DNA of 64,000 nt from NCBI GenBank assembly GCA_946965045.2, contig OX337242.1, forward strand, positions 2,728,001-2,792,000, in the 5' to 3' direction. Of the stretch, positions 9,045-18,539 are shown one piece after another. Made by a program: the position numbers and the translations under genes. The stretch is from Epithemia pelagica. Its lineage: Eukaryota; Protista; Bacillariophyta. How positions within the stretch are numbered: the first letter of the stretch is position 1; each line of letters starts with the position of its first letter. The notes beneath the pieces were generated by a model. That model had not been told where the DNA came from and did no database searches. It saw only the letters and a program-made list of their open reading frames with translations.

Positions 9045-11999
9045 ATGACATTCAACGAGAACCCTTTTGACCTCCCTTCCGGTCCCGACAAGACGATTCG
9101 TCGCTCTGATGCTGATGGTTTGGACCTTCTCGCGGATGTGGTGGAAAAGTCCTCGCTCCCAACCGGGACTACCTCGAAGTCTGCCAAGGCTGCGCCGCCT
9201 TCCATCCCGCCGAAGGATAAGGGCGATCCCTTACCCTCTGATGAAGATTCTGCCTCCGTCCATTCGAAGCGCCCTCCGAAGAAGAAGTCGAAGGTTGCTC
9301 GCGGGAATGGGATTCCCAAGTCTCCTTCCAATACTGCCAAGGTTACCCAAGATGACTTTGTTGATACCGATACCGATTGTCCGAAGACCCCAGAGAAAGT
9401 TCTTAAGAAGAAGAAGTCGAGCCTCAAGAAAGACCCAACCGTTGAGATCCCTCCTTTTGAGACTCCTCCTCAGTTTTATGCTCGAATGAAGAAAGCCCTC
9501 CCTTCCAAGACGTGTTGCAAGTCAGAGTTGTTCTCCTACCCGTTTCCCCTTGACGAGACCGTCAAGTCGAAGTTCGATGCCATTGATAGCGACTTCTGGT
9601 CCGACTCCTTTTGCCGACCGTTCCATTTGACCGTGGAAAGTGATCCCGCTCACTGGGATTCACTTCTCTGCAAGTTTGACGATGTGAAGACGCCGGCAGA
9701 TTTCCAAGCCTTCTTGGAAATCCATTCGAAACGGAATCCTTTAGCCTTCCTTGGCTTTGATCGAAAGAAGAACCCTGTTGTGATTCATAACATTTTCGTT
9801 TCTCCCGATTCCGGCTCGGTGCTTGCTCCGGACCCAGTTTTCCTTTGCTTTTGCAAAGATTCCCTAGACGTTCCCCCTGGTACATTTGACCCAGAAGAAC
9901 TTGCCTCGATCCTTAACAGCCTCGAATATCTTCGGATCCCATCCTTTGATGAGATTGTTTCTGCGTGCTTGATTAAAGATTCGGACTCCCTTTCTGGCCT
10001 TGCCTTTGACGCTTCCAAGTTTTCCGAGTTCGATCCTTACATTGCTTTTCCGGACAATCTCTCCGACAAGAAGGAAGACATCGAGTTTCGTCGCAAGCAT
10101 CGGTTTGATTGTAAGAGTATTGTGTTGCTTCCGCCCTCAATCTCTGGTGAATTAATCAAGTTCTTGGATCCCTCTTGTCACTCGGTGCACAAGAAGACCT
10201 CATACCCCAAGTTGAACATTCCGAACCTTGTTGCGTTCATCTTCGACAAAATTTTGTTGCGTTGGCGACGATCTTTTGAATACCCAAACTGCCGTCCCGA
10301 TTCCATCAAGTTCTCCGTTGAAGACCCACATTGTATTCGTTTTCGAGATACGATCCGTTTCCTTTGGGGAGTCAACCGTGGCAAAGTTATCGTTGACGAT
10401 ATCTTCCTTGACCACCCCTCTGATTTCGGTAATGCGATGACAGCCGTTGAATTTTATTTCAAGACCTCTTTACCGGATCGTTTATCTGCGATGTATTCCA
10501 CTCGTCGCGGCCCCCGTCCCCCAGCCTCCGAACGTTCTGGAAACTTTTCACCTTCGAAATCTCGACGCCCTATTCATGATGGTCCTGTTGACTCTTCCGG
10601 AAATAACGAGTCCGCTGGTTCCCCGAAGATCTCGAAAGATATCTTGTACTTTACTTCACAAATGACCAAATCCATGACTGAGCACATCTCGAATGCTATG
10701 AATGATCGTCAAGACAAATTGACACAGGTGATTACCCAACAGAGCTCGATCATGAAGTCTCAAGAAGACCGTTTGGACCACTTCAAAACCTTTACAATCG
10801 ATACGCGCAACGCTATCATCTATGGACAAGTTGGTCCTCATAGCACTTGTCTACCTTCCACTCCAACTGAAAAGGCTAAGGAGATCTTCAAGCAGAAGAA
10901 CACGCACAACCTTTATACGACCATCCACTCCCAGGTATTTCGGCGGTCCGATAACACGTGCTTCTTAATCTTCGGCCAAGTGGGAGTTATCCAAAAGTAT
11001 GGACTTCGATGGCGTTCCGAAGAGCATCCTGGTGGATTCTCCCCTTTTTCTTTCGATCCGAATAACCATTCGGGTGCCTCGAATCAACTAGCCCTGGATC
11101 ATGATATCCATCAAGATATCTTCGAGTCTTCCCTTCGTCACTCCAACGGCCTTTCCACGAAAGAAATGAAAGATATCTTTTCGGACGACAAGTTATTCTT
11201 TCCCTTAACCTCCGACCATTACGGAACTCAACTTCGGAGCTATCTGTGCTTTGCTGACGCCATTTGGGGCTCCGATTCATACATTGTCTCGAACATTCGA
11301 AAGATGTATGACCACCTACTTCGTCATCGTCGCGTGTATGTTGCCAATCAAGCCGATGACAGTTCATTTTTCTCAAGACTCTTGTTTTCCTTGGATAATT
11401 GCGTCCAAAACTTTATTGCTGATAACCTCGAAGATGCGACTTGTATCGAAGATATTTCAGGCGATGCGATTGACTTTCATACGAACAAACTCTGTAACAA
11501 GATCATGAGCAAAGAGGATATCTGTCGAATGCCGAGATTTTTGAATTCAGCTGTCCAAGCCAAGTACAGGAATCAGAACAATTCCAACAGCAATCATAAT
11601 AACTCGGGTAATGGTAGAGGACGTGGTGGTTCCGATTCTAAACTCCCTGGAAACCCACCCGGACCCCTGCGAGCAAAACGTGGTCGCGAACATCATTCTA
11701 ACTCCGATCCAGATGCTCCAACCCCTGTGAAACCAAACTTCAACTATCCATCAGCTTGGAAACTCCCCTCGGAACTGAAGTACGGGCGTACCTTCCCTCG
11801 CTCTGTTTTGAACGACGTCCCTTCCATCACGGTTGAGGGATCGACTCGCCAATTCTGCGTAAAATTTTTCTGCCTTCAAATTTGTCGTAGTGGAGAGAAA
11901 TGTTACTTCTCCCATGCCGATCCTTCACAACATGGGAAGCAAGACGAATTGGATGCATTTTTCAAGCAAGCTTTCGAGAGAGCCCGTAAGAACTCGTGA
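9045..11999 (+). CDS. gag: ORF1, gag-like protein (984 aa) with a C-terminal CCCH zinc finger
   Basis: ATG 41 bp after A1; basic disordered N-terminus; C-x8-C-x5-C-x3-H motif (FCVKFFCLQICRSGEKCYFSH) near the C-terminus; first-ORF position in the element. Confidence 0.8.
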   Translation: MTFNENPFDLPSGPDKTIRRSDADGLDLLADVVEKSSLPTGTTSKSAKAAPPSIPPKDKGDPLPSDEDSASVHSKRPPKKKSKVARGNGIPKSPSNTAKVTQDDFVDTDTDCPKTPEKVLKKKKSSLKKDPTVEIPPFETPPQFYARMKKALPSKTCCKSELFSYPFPLDETVKSKFDAIDSDFWSDSFCRPFHLTVESDPAHWDSLLCKFDDVKTPADFQAFLEIHSKRNPLAFLGFDRKKNPVVIHNIFVSPDSGSVLAPDPVFLCFCKDSLDVPPGTFDPEELASILNSLEYLRIPSFDEIVSACLIKDSDSLSGLAFDASKFSEFDPYIAFPDNLSDKKEDIEFRRKHRFDCKSIVLLPPSISGELIKFLDPSCHSVHKKTSYPKLNIPNLVAFIFDKILLRWRRSFEYPNCRPDSIKFSVEDPHCIRFRDTIRFLWGVNRGKVIVDDIFLDHPSDFGNAMTAVEFYFKTSLPDRLSAMYSTRRGPRPPASERSGNFSPSKSRRPIHDGPVDSSGNNESAGSPKISKDILYFTSQMTKSMTEHISNAMNDRQDKLTQVITQQSSIMKSQEDRLDHFKTFTIDTRNAIIYGQVGPHSTCLPSTPTEKAKEIFKQKNTHNLYTTIHSQVFRRSDNTCFLIFGQVGVIQKYGLRWRSEEHPGGFSPFSFDPNNHSGASNQLALDHDIHQDIFESSLRHSNGLSTKEMKDIFSDDKLFFPLTSDHYGTQLRSYLCFADAIWGSDSYIVSNIRKMYDHLLRHRRVYVANQADDSSFFSRLLFSLDNCVQNFIADNLEDATCIEDISGDAIDFHTNKLCNKIMSKEDICRMPRFLNSAVQAKYRNQNNSNSNHNNSGNGRGRGGSDSKLPGNPPGPLRAKRGREHHSNSDPDAPTPVKPNFNYPSAWKLPSELKYGRTFPRSVLNDVPSITVEGSTRQFCVKFFCLQICRSGEKCYFSHADPSQHGKQDELDAFFKQAFERARKNS

Positions 12000-14900
12000 C
12001 TGATTGTTGGATCGTCGAACACCCTCCTACCGACCTTTGTTCCGCCGCCCAAGATCAGCCCCAATACAATCAATGATCCCCTGGCCCCACTCCTCCCTTT
12101 CGGCGATCCTACCCTCTCTTCATCTTCTGACCCTCCAAACCCTTCCCACGATTTCCTCAAGACCATCCCAAAAGTCCCAGTGCCCTCTCCTTTAACTTCC
12201 ATCGATCCATCCCTTCCGATTGACCCAGGATTGTTACTACCCCCAAAGATCCTCGACCCTCCCCAACAGACACCAGCGTCAATTGACCCCTTCTCCTCAT
12301 CACAACCTCTCCCTATGCCTTTGTCCAAGTCGATTTCCTTTGCTCCAACTTCCGAACTTTTCCCTTTTGACCCAATCGTAGCCCCTTCCTGTCGCTTGGA
12401 TGGCCAAGACGACACAACCCCCCTCAAGATTGACACTGAGACCCCACCACCCCTTACTGATGACCATTCCCTTTCCGATCCTCTCCTTCCGGTCAATCAG
12501 AATCTTCTTTCCTCCGTCCGCCGAGCTGCCGACGAATCAAGCCTTCCTCCTTCAATCCTCTCCCTTCGGAAGCAACCCTCTACCATCGATCCCTCCCTCC
12601 CAGGACATGCCACTCCAAACATTACGACCAACACGTCAGGAAAACCGTTGGAACGTAACTTGCTTCGACTTCAAAACTCGTTAGTTGAGAATCAAGCAAT
12701 CATTGGTAAGTCCATTTCCTCTTCCTTTCCTCCATACCTTTCCAATTCGATCGAAGATCACTTCCCTTCACCGATTACAATCCCTCCCCTACCACCTCCA
12801 TCCCATCCATTGAACATCGATACAATCCTTTCCGTTTTTCACTCGACCGTCCCAACCCCGAAAGCATCACCGTTTATTCACGAACGATCCGTAGCAGCTG
12901 CCGAAGCCAACTCTGTGTTAATTGCAAAGTATGATCACGACCTCCAAGCCCTTTTCGACGCCCACCCAGGAACCACGATAAGTCCAGGCTCGGAATTTCG
13001 ACCCCCATCGATACTCAAACCGCTTCTTTTCGGTCACCCATTTTGGCCGAAGATAGAACATGACTTAACATTTGGAGCCACGTACCAGTTCCGCGATGAC
13101 CTTCCAGATGATGATGCTCGAGTTGCCGAGAACGAAGCATTGATCGCTTACGGAAACCACAGCTCCGCCCGCAAACGACCTGCAGCGTTGATAAAAGTGT
13201 CTCAAAAAGACACGGTTCATGGTTGGGCTTTCCCCTTAACTTTTGACTGCGCTCGAAAAATTAAGGGAGGACGATTTGCCCCACTCGGGGTCGCTCAGCA
13301 CAACGGAATCACCGAGCGCGGCGAGATCATCGTAAAAGACCGCCTTGCACATGATCAAACGTTTTCAACCGGATTAGCACCCTCCCTCAACCTTGCCGTT
13401 GACGACAGCGATGACATTGATCTGGTATATGGTTGGTGTATTGAGAGATTGATTCACCAAATCGTAGCACTACGACTTGAATTCCCTCGTACACGGATAC
13501 TCGTTTGTAAGTTCGACTGGGGAGCGGCGTACCGACGTATAAACGGCGATGGACTCCTCGCTGCGAATGCCTTGACAACCGACGCGTCTGGTGAATTTGC
13601 TAATATTCTTAGCCGACTGTCATTTGGCGGCAAGACACATCCCGCAATGTTCAGCTTGTTCTCGGAAACAGCTTGCGACCTGTGCAACGACCTCATCGAA
13701 TTTAAGGAGTGGAATCCATCGATCTGCTACTCCCCCCTCCAAAAACTGATGGGCCCACCAAACCGCCTACCCGAAGATATCCCTTTCGAACAAGGGAAAC
13801 CGTTGATTGTTGATATACCTGCAAGACCAGATGGCTCAGTGGACGTATATCTCGACGATATGGTCCAACTCTTCGCCGACGAAGAGGACATTGTCTCAAG
13901 AACGAGTGCCGTGGTGCCGCTAGTACTCCACCTTTTCATCCGACCCTGCCAACCCGATAAAGAACCAATCAAACGAACGGACATACTGGCCGAGGACAAG
14001 ATGATGGCCGAAGGAAGTCCCAGTGAAGTTATGAGAGTCCTGGGCTGGGAACTTGACACACGACGTCTCCTATTGATACTTCCCATTGACAAGTACTTAA
14101 ATTGGTCCAAAGCCGTGCGACATTTGGCTGACCCGAAGACGCAAAAGACAAAATTCCGTGACCTCGAGACAACGGTCGGTAAATTGATACATTCCAGCAA
14201 GGGTATCCCCCTGGCGCGATTCTTCCTCCAGCGTACGCGGACGTACATGGAAAACTTGATCAAGCAATACGACGACAAACAAAGATCAGCGGCCGACGAT
14301 AGTGACGACGACGACGACGACCAATCCTCCATCTCAAGCTCCGGCACAGTTGGCTCCGACGGCGACCAAACAGTCCCACAACGAAGCAGCGACGCACGCT
14401 TCCGACCCAAACCTTGGTTCCGCTACGCCGTCCCCGAATATGTCAAAGAAGACATGACAGTCTGGATAGATCTACTCGAACGAGCGCACCAAGGCGTCAA
14501 CTTGAACCTCCTTACTTGCCGCAGACCCACAAATATTCTGCTGGCAGACGCATGCCCCTTGGGAATGGGCGGGTACTCGATAAAATCAGGCATAGCCTGG
14601 CAAGTACCGCTGGACCCGAGTGTTTACGAGATGGCAGGACACGCGGACGACCTCGACATAGACCCAACACTTTCATCGACGACCGATCTCAAACTGTCCA
14701 ACAATCTTTTTGAGTATATTGCGCAAGTCGTAACCATATGGCTCGAGCAACATCATGGTGACATCGAAGACTTGGGATCTGTACTGTGCATGTCGGACAA
14801 CAGTTCCGCTATCGGGTGGCTCCATAAAAGCTCGTTTGCGACGAATCAACCCCTCCATCGGCGGGTCTCCGAGAAACTCGTCCGAATGGCGTTGTCAGGA

Positions 14901-15749
14901 CAGTTTACCATACACGCCGAGCACGTACCCGGCAAACAGAACAACGTTGCCGATTACCTCTCACGAACTTTCGACAAACCCAAAGACGAGATTACTAACG
15001 ATGTGCACCGTCTTTTCCCTTCCCAGATTCCGAAAAATTTTCAGGTCTGCCAACTGCCACACGAAATAGAATCTTGGATCTCCTTGGTCGCTCCGCAGCG
15101 ACAAGGATATTCTTCGGCAAGGTCGAGTCAAGCCATGAATCCGGAGACAGGACATGGCGCAGGTGGAGAGAACACTTGCAACTCCTCAACCTTGACCACG
15201 ACCCCTTTTTGGACCAAGTCACGGACACAAGAGACAGGCTCACCATCGTATCCACGTTCCTGCAGCGACTCCGAGACGGCGACTTTAACCGAGGAGGGCA
15301 TCGCGGAACGCTTCGTGCGTCAACTGTCGAGAAAGCCGTTGGCGAGCTGGCGGCGACTTTCCGGCGTCACGACCGGCAGAGCCCCGCCCACATCCAAGGT
15401 GGCAACAACTACCACCCTACTATCGCGTCCCTCAAGAAGGGATGGAAGAACCTGGACCCTCCAGAGCAACGGGAAAAGGCAGTCACCCCAAGACACTTGG
15501 TCCATTTATGGAAACAAGCATGTACACCGAAACCCAACACCGCCGACTCCACCTCGACGGCGCCACAAGCGACATCAAACACCGAGAACAAGGAACAGGT
15601 ATTCACCGACAAGACAACCAAACAGCCCCAATACGAAACATCATCATTCAGAGCCTGTAACGCCGACCTCCTCTGCGGAGGATACTTCTACGCAACACGG
15701 AGTTGCGAGATCTCCACAGTCAAACAACGAGGAAAGACGAAGATGCTGA
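12000..15749 (+). CDS. pol: ORF2, reverse transcriptase + RNase H (DIRS-like); same frame as gag
   Basis: RT motifs (KDRLAHD, CKFDWGAAYRRI, RLSFGG, YLDD) and RNase H (LADAC, NLFEYIAQ, SDNSSA, HVPGKQNNVADYLSR). Frame is open from 12000; first ATG only at 12315. Confidence 0.9.
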   Translation: MIVGSSNTLLPTFVPPPKISPNTINDPLAPLLPFGDPTLSSSSDPPNPSHDFLKTIPKVPVPSPLTSIDPSLPIDPGLLLPPKILDPPQQTPASIDPFSSSQPLPMPLSKSISFAPTSELFPFDPIVAPSCRLDGQDDTTPLKIDTETPPPLTDDHSLSDPLLPVNQNLLSSVRRAADESSLPPSILSLRKQPSTIDPSLPGHATPNITTNTSGKPLERNLLRLQNSLVENQAIIGKSISSSFPPYLSNSIEDHFPSPITIPPLPPPSHPLNIDTILSVFHSTVPTPKASPFIHERSVAAAEANSVLIAKYDHDLQALFDAHPGTTISPGSEFRPPSILKPLLFGHPFWPKIEHDLTFGATYQFRDDLPDDDARVAENEALIAYGNHSSARKRPAALIKVSQKDTVHGWAFPLTFDCARKIKGGRFAPLGVAQHNGITERGEIIVKDRLAHDQTFSTGLAPSLNLAVDDSDDIDLVYGWCIERLIHQIVALRLEFPRTRILVCKFDWGAAYRRINGDGLLAANALTTDASGEFANILSRLSFGGKTHPAMFSLFSETACDLCNDLIEFKEWNPSICYSPLQKLMGPPNRLPEDIPFEQGKPLIVDIPARPDGSVDVYLDDMVQLFADEEDIVSRTSAVVPLVLHLFIRPCQPDKEPIKRTDILAEDKMMAEGSPSEVMRVLGWELDTRRLLLILPIDKYLNWSKAVRHLADPKTQKTKFRDLETTVGKLIHSSKGIPLARFFLQRTRTYMENLIKQYDDKQRSAADDSDDDDDDQSSISSSGTVGSDGDQTVPQRSSDARFRPKPWFRYAVPEYVKEDMTVWIDLLERAHQGVNLNLLTCRRPTNILLADACPLGMGGYSIKSGIAWQVPLDPSVYEMAGHADDLDIDPTLSSTTDLKLSNNLFEYIAQVVTIWLEQHHGDIEDLGSVLCMSDNSSAIGWLHKSSFATNQPLHRRVSEKLVRMALSGQFTIHAEHVPGKQNNVADYLSRTFDKPKDEITNDVHRLFPSQIPKNFQVCQLPHEIESWISLVAPQRQGYSSARSSQAMNPETGHGAGGENTCNSSTLTTTPFWTKSRTQETGSPSYPRSCSDSETATLTEEGIAERFVRQLSRKPLASWRRLSGVTTGRAPPTSKVATTTTLLSRPSRRDGRTWTLQSNGKRQSPQDTWSIYGNKHVHRNPTPPTPPRRRHKRHQTPRTRNRYSPTRQPNSPNTKHHHSEPVTPTSSAEDTSTQHGVARSPQSNNEERRRC

Positions 15750-16525
15750 CGATGGCAAACGTGGTGTTCGGCCGATGCGATGCAACCCGCTCCCGCATCG
15801 ACCCTCGCGACCCCAACTTTTACGACGAAGCATATTATGTCTCCATAACTTTCATCGCGCAAAAACACGACATCCCTCATGAGACGCGGACGCAAAGCAA
15901 GACAGAGGACCCCATACTTTGCCCCGTCCGAATTTGGGGACGAATCCTGCGACGCATCTTCCACCACCAGCCAAACGCGCCACCAGACACGCCGGTGAAT
16001 TGTTGGTTTCCTCCCCCAACAGCCAAAAACCCAAACCCACCACCGAGATTCATCCGCGCCGAAGACAGTCTCAAGCTCCTCCGCGAGACGTGCACTGACC
16101 CATCCACAAAAGAACCGTTGTTCGGATACCAACCAAGCGAAATCGGCACACATTCAATCCGATCCGGGGCGGCAATGGCCCTCTTCCTTTCGCCCGGCAT
16201 CTCCGTATTGCGCATCATGATACTCGGCCGATGGCAATCAGCCGCGTTTATGCGGTACATTCGACCACAAGTAATGGAGTGGACGGCGGGCATGTCCATC
16301 GCCATGCTCAATACGCCAGACTTCCGACACGCCGACCCAACAGGCGTTCCCAATACCAACAACAAGACCAGTGAAACATCGAAAGATACGAAAAATTTAA
16401 AACTCTCCGACATCGAAGCGATCCAACAGAACCTTGAATTCGCCATCGACTCGCCCGAGGAACTAACATTCAATGGCTCCGTGACCACTGCTTCCTTCGA
16501 CCTTCAACTTAACTTGGAATTCTAA
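14999..16525 (+). CDS. ORF3, tyrosine recombinase overlapping the 3' end of ORF2 in the -1 frame
   Basis: Catalytic motifs TRSCE (R), HSIRSG (HxxR), GRWQS and RYIR (Y), with an N-terminal core-binding region. Frame is open from 14999 with no ATG before the catalytic Arg. Confidence 0.92.
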   Translation, partial: RCAPSFPFPDSEKFSGLPTATRNRILDLLGRSAATRIFFGKVESSHESGDRTWRRWREHLQLLNLDHDPFLDQVTDTRDRLTIVSTFLQRLRDGDFNRGGHRGTLRASTVEKAVGELAATFRRHDRQSPAHIQGGNNYHPTIASLKKGWKNLDPPEQREKAVTPRHLVHLWKQACTPKPNTADSTSTAPQATSNTENKEQVFTDKTTKQPQYETSSFRACNADLLCGGYFYATRSCEISTVKQRGKTKMLTMANVVFGRCDATRSRIDPRDPNFYDEAYYVSITFIAQKHDIPHETRTQSKTEDPILCPVRIWGRILRRIFHHQPNAPPDTPVNCWFPPPTAKNPNPPPRFIRAEDSLKLLRETCTDPSTKEPLFGYQPSEIGTHSIRSGAAMALFLSPGISVLRIMILGRWQSAAFMRYIRPQVMEWTAGMSIAMLNTPDFRHADPTGVPNTNNKTSETSKDTKNLKLSDIEAIQQNLEFAIDSPEELTFNGSVTTASFDLQLNLEF

Positions 16526-16586
16526 AAGATGGACCGAAGATACCTTGAGGTTCCGAGCGGAAGACAATGTCAAAGATTCAATGGTG

Positions 16587-16746
16587 TTGGGAGCCATCTC
16601 GGTTCCCTCTGGGCCTTTACGGCAAACTTGCGACTACTCCCCCCAAACTAGTAGTCTAGCAAAGATGCCTAACCGTCTAAGCTACAGACTTGGTCGCCCT
16701 AAGAACAAAGCGCCGTCAGGATGGGTTCGTTGGGTACCACCCATCG
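16587..16746 (+). repeat. Split direct repeat B1
   Basis: TTGGGAGCC...CCCATCG, identical to 16978-17137 and directly fused to A2. Confidence 0.95.
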
Positions 16747-16960
16747 TTACCAGTCCTAAACGAGCGCGTCGTGTCGATGGCGCCAGCACAACATGGATCG
16801 GGCGCGCACCTTCCCCCAAAGAATGCGGCGCGGTCGACTCCTACCCAAGATAGATGAGAGAGAGACAGAGGAGCTCACAATCTTTGGTTTGTGCAGAGTC
16901 TCAAGCCATCACACGTTGTGACCAGAAGACTGGATCGTAGCGTAGACACCTAAACAAAAA
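16747..16960 (+). repeat. Split direct repeat A2
   Basis: Identical to 8791-9004. Confidence 0.95.
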
Positions 16961-16977
16961 TAACCCCATACCCGCCC

Positions 16978-17137
16978 TTGGGAGCCATCTCGGTTCCCTC
17001 TGGGCCTTTACGGCAAACTTGCGACTACTCCCCCCAAACTAGTAGTCTAGCAAAGATGCCTAACCGTCTAAGCTACAGACTTGGTCGCCCTAAGAACAAA
17101 GCGCCGTCAGGATGGGTTCGTTGGGTACCACCCATCG
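16978..17137 (+). repeat. Split direct repeat B2
   Basis: Identical to 16587-16746; separated from A2 by a 17-bp spacer. Confidence 0.95.
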
Positions 17138-17600
17138 GGTAGAGAACCGACAAAGAATACAGATTGATAGAAAATAGATCAATAATTGAATTATTAAATT
17201 TTTCCCCGCTCGCGGTCCAGTGTTTTGTCTTCTCTGTCTTTTCCTAATTCCTTTATTGCTTCCAATTCTCGCATCTAGCAGGAGCAAGAAGGCCCGGATT
17301 CTCATTGCCTTATGCCCTCCCAATCCCAACCATTGACAGTTGACAGTCGCTCTTTTCTTGCGTCGCTTGTCGCTAAAGGATTTCTAAATCAAAAATCAAA
17401 AATCAAAATACGGTCCCAGGAGATGGGGTAATCCTGAGCAGGTCGCTACCTTACCAGTCAGATACTGACTGGTACCTATAGGAGTTACCGAACGCTTTTT
17501 CTGCATAAAGAACACTCTAGCGACAAAAGATGACATACCGACTGCTAGTACTATTAAAACCCACCACCACCCGGTTCATAACCGCTACATATTTGTACTG

Positions 17601-18539
17601 CTAGTCATCTTCCACTTCGATCTGAAACACTTTCGCCTCACCATTTTCAATCTTCATCTGAACCAGATTCACCACTGCTCCAAACACCTTGTGATGCCCA
17701 TCCAGATCTCCTCTGTATTTCTCCTTTAAGATATTGTAATGTTTCAGTAAATTGTTGACAGTTTCATGTCTCGCCCTGGCATCAGCCATCATCTTGTCTT
17801 GATAGTCATTTCTTCCAGTAGGTGTGACAAAGTAGCATCCATAATCGTTGTAACCACCATCAGCAATCACTTTCTCATTCGGTAGTAGCTCTTGAACAAG
17901 CCAGTCTCTGGCAATCCGTAGGTCTGGCCAAGCGCCACAAGGGAATGCACCATTCCACCACACTATCCAGCCAGTTTTCAGGCAGATTCCCACCTCATAC
18001 CTCACACCTGCTCCCTTAAACTTGTGCGAGTACCATTTTGGATCAAAAGGTGACGGCTCCAAAATCCTGAAGTCAGTACCATCCAAACTAATGAAACAGA
18101 CCTGTCCAGGTACACAACAATCAAACCTATTGTCCCATACAATCTGTTATAAGAACAACAGCAATGGTCAGATATGAGGAGGACGACTTCATGGCAAATT
18201 CATGTAGGGCCATGTACTTACATAATTAAGACCACTATACAACAAATTTACAAACACTTTGACCCACTTCCTGTAGGTCTTCCTCGTTGTTTTGGCTATT
18301 GAGACCATAACATCCTCTGTAGCATAGACTTTCAGAAAAGCCAGTGTCCACAACAAATGACGAGGCGATGCACCTTTGGGCAATGAACTGTCCAGTTCAT
18401 CCCACACATGAACACAGAGCAAAGGAGACATTCCAAAGTAAGAACGAAAAGCACGTGAGAAATCAAGTGAGTGTGAGTGTCTTGCTCTACCAAGCATTGG
18501 CAGAGCCAAGTCGATGAATGTTCGTGGTGTCACCAACAT
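17601..18539 (-). CDS. Harbinger/IS5-like DDE transposase (DDE_Tnp_4-like), 286 aa, join(18222..18539, 17601..18143)
   Basis: Intron 18144-18221 (GTAAGT...ACAG) joins LNY/IVW in frame. Motifs SLDGTDF, WYSHKF, W-PDL, IADGGY, RARHETVN. Confidence 0.85.

Larger units (their letters stand above)
8791..17137 (+). mobile_element. Tyrosine-recombinase (DIRS-order) retrotransposon with split direct repeats, Ngaro/PAT-type, 8.35 kb, apparently complete
   Basis: Order A1 - gag - RT/RH - YR - B1 - A2 - B2. A1=A2 (214 bp) and B1=B2 (160 bp) appear identical by eye. No TSD seen, as expected for YR integration. Confidence 0.93.

Noticed and set aside
15042-15749. Extra functional domain (e.g. methyltransferase) in the ORF2 tail
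   Set aside because: The sequence is S/T/R/P-rich with no motif and is explained by overlap with the YR frame.
18207-18223. Exact 17-mer GGGCCATGTACTTACAT shared with 24174-24190
   Set aside because: No extended homology. A rough estimate gives about 0.1 expected such matches in 64 kb, and part of it is the common GTAAGT donor consensus.
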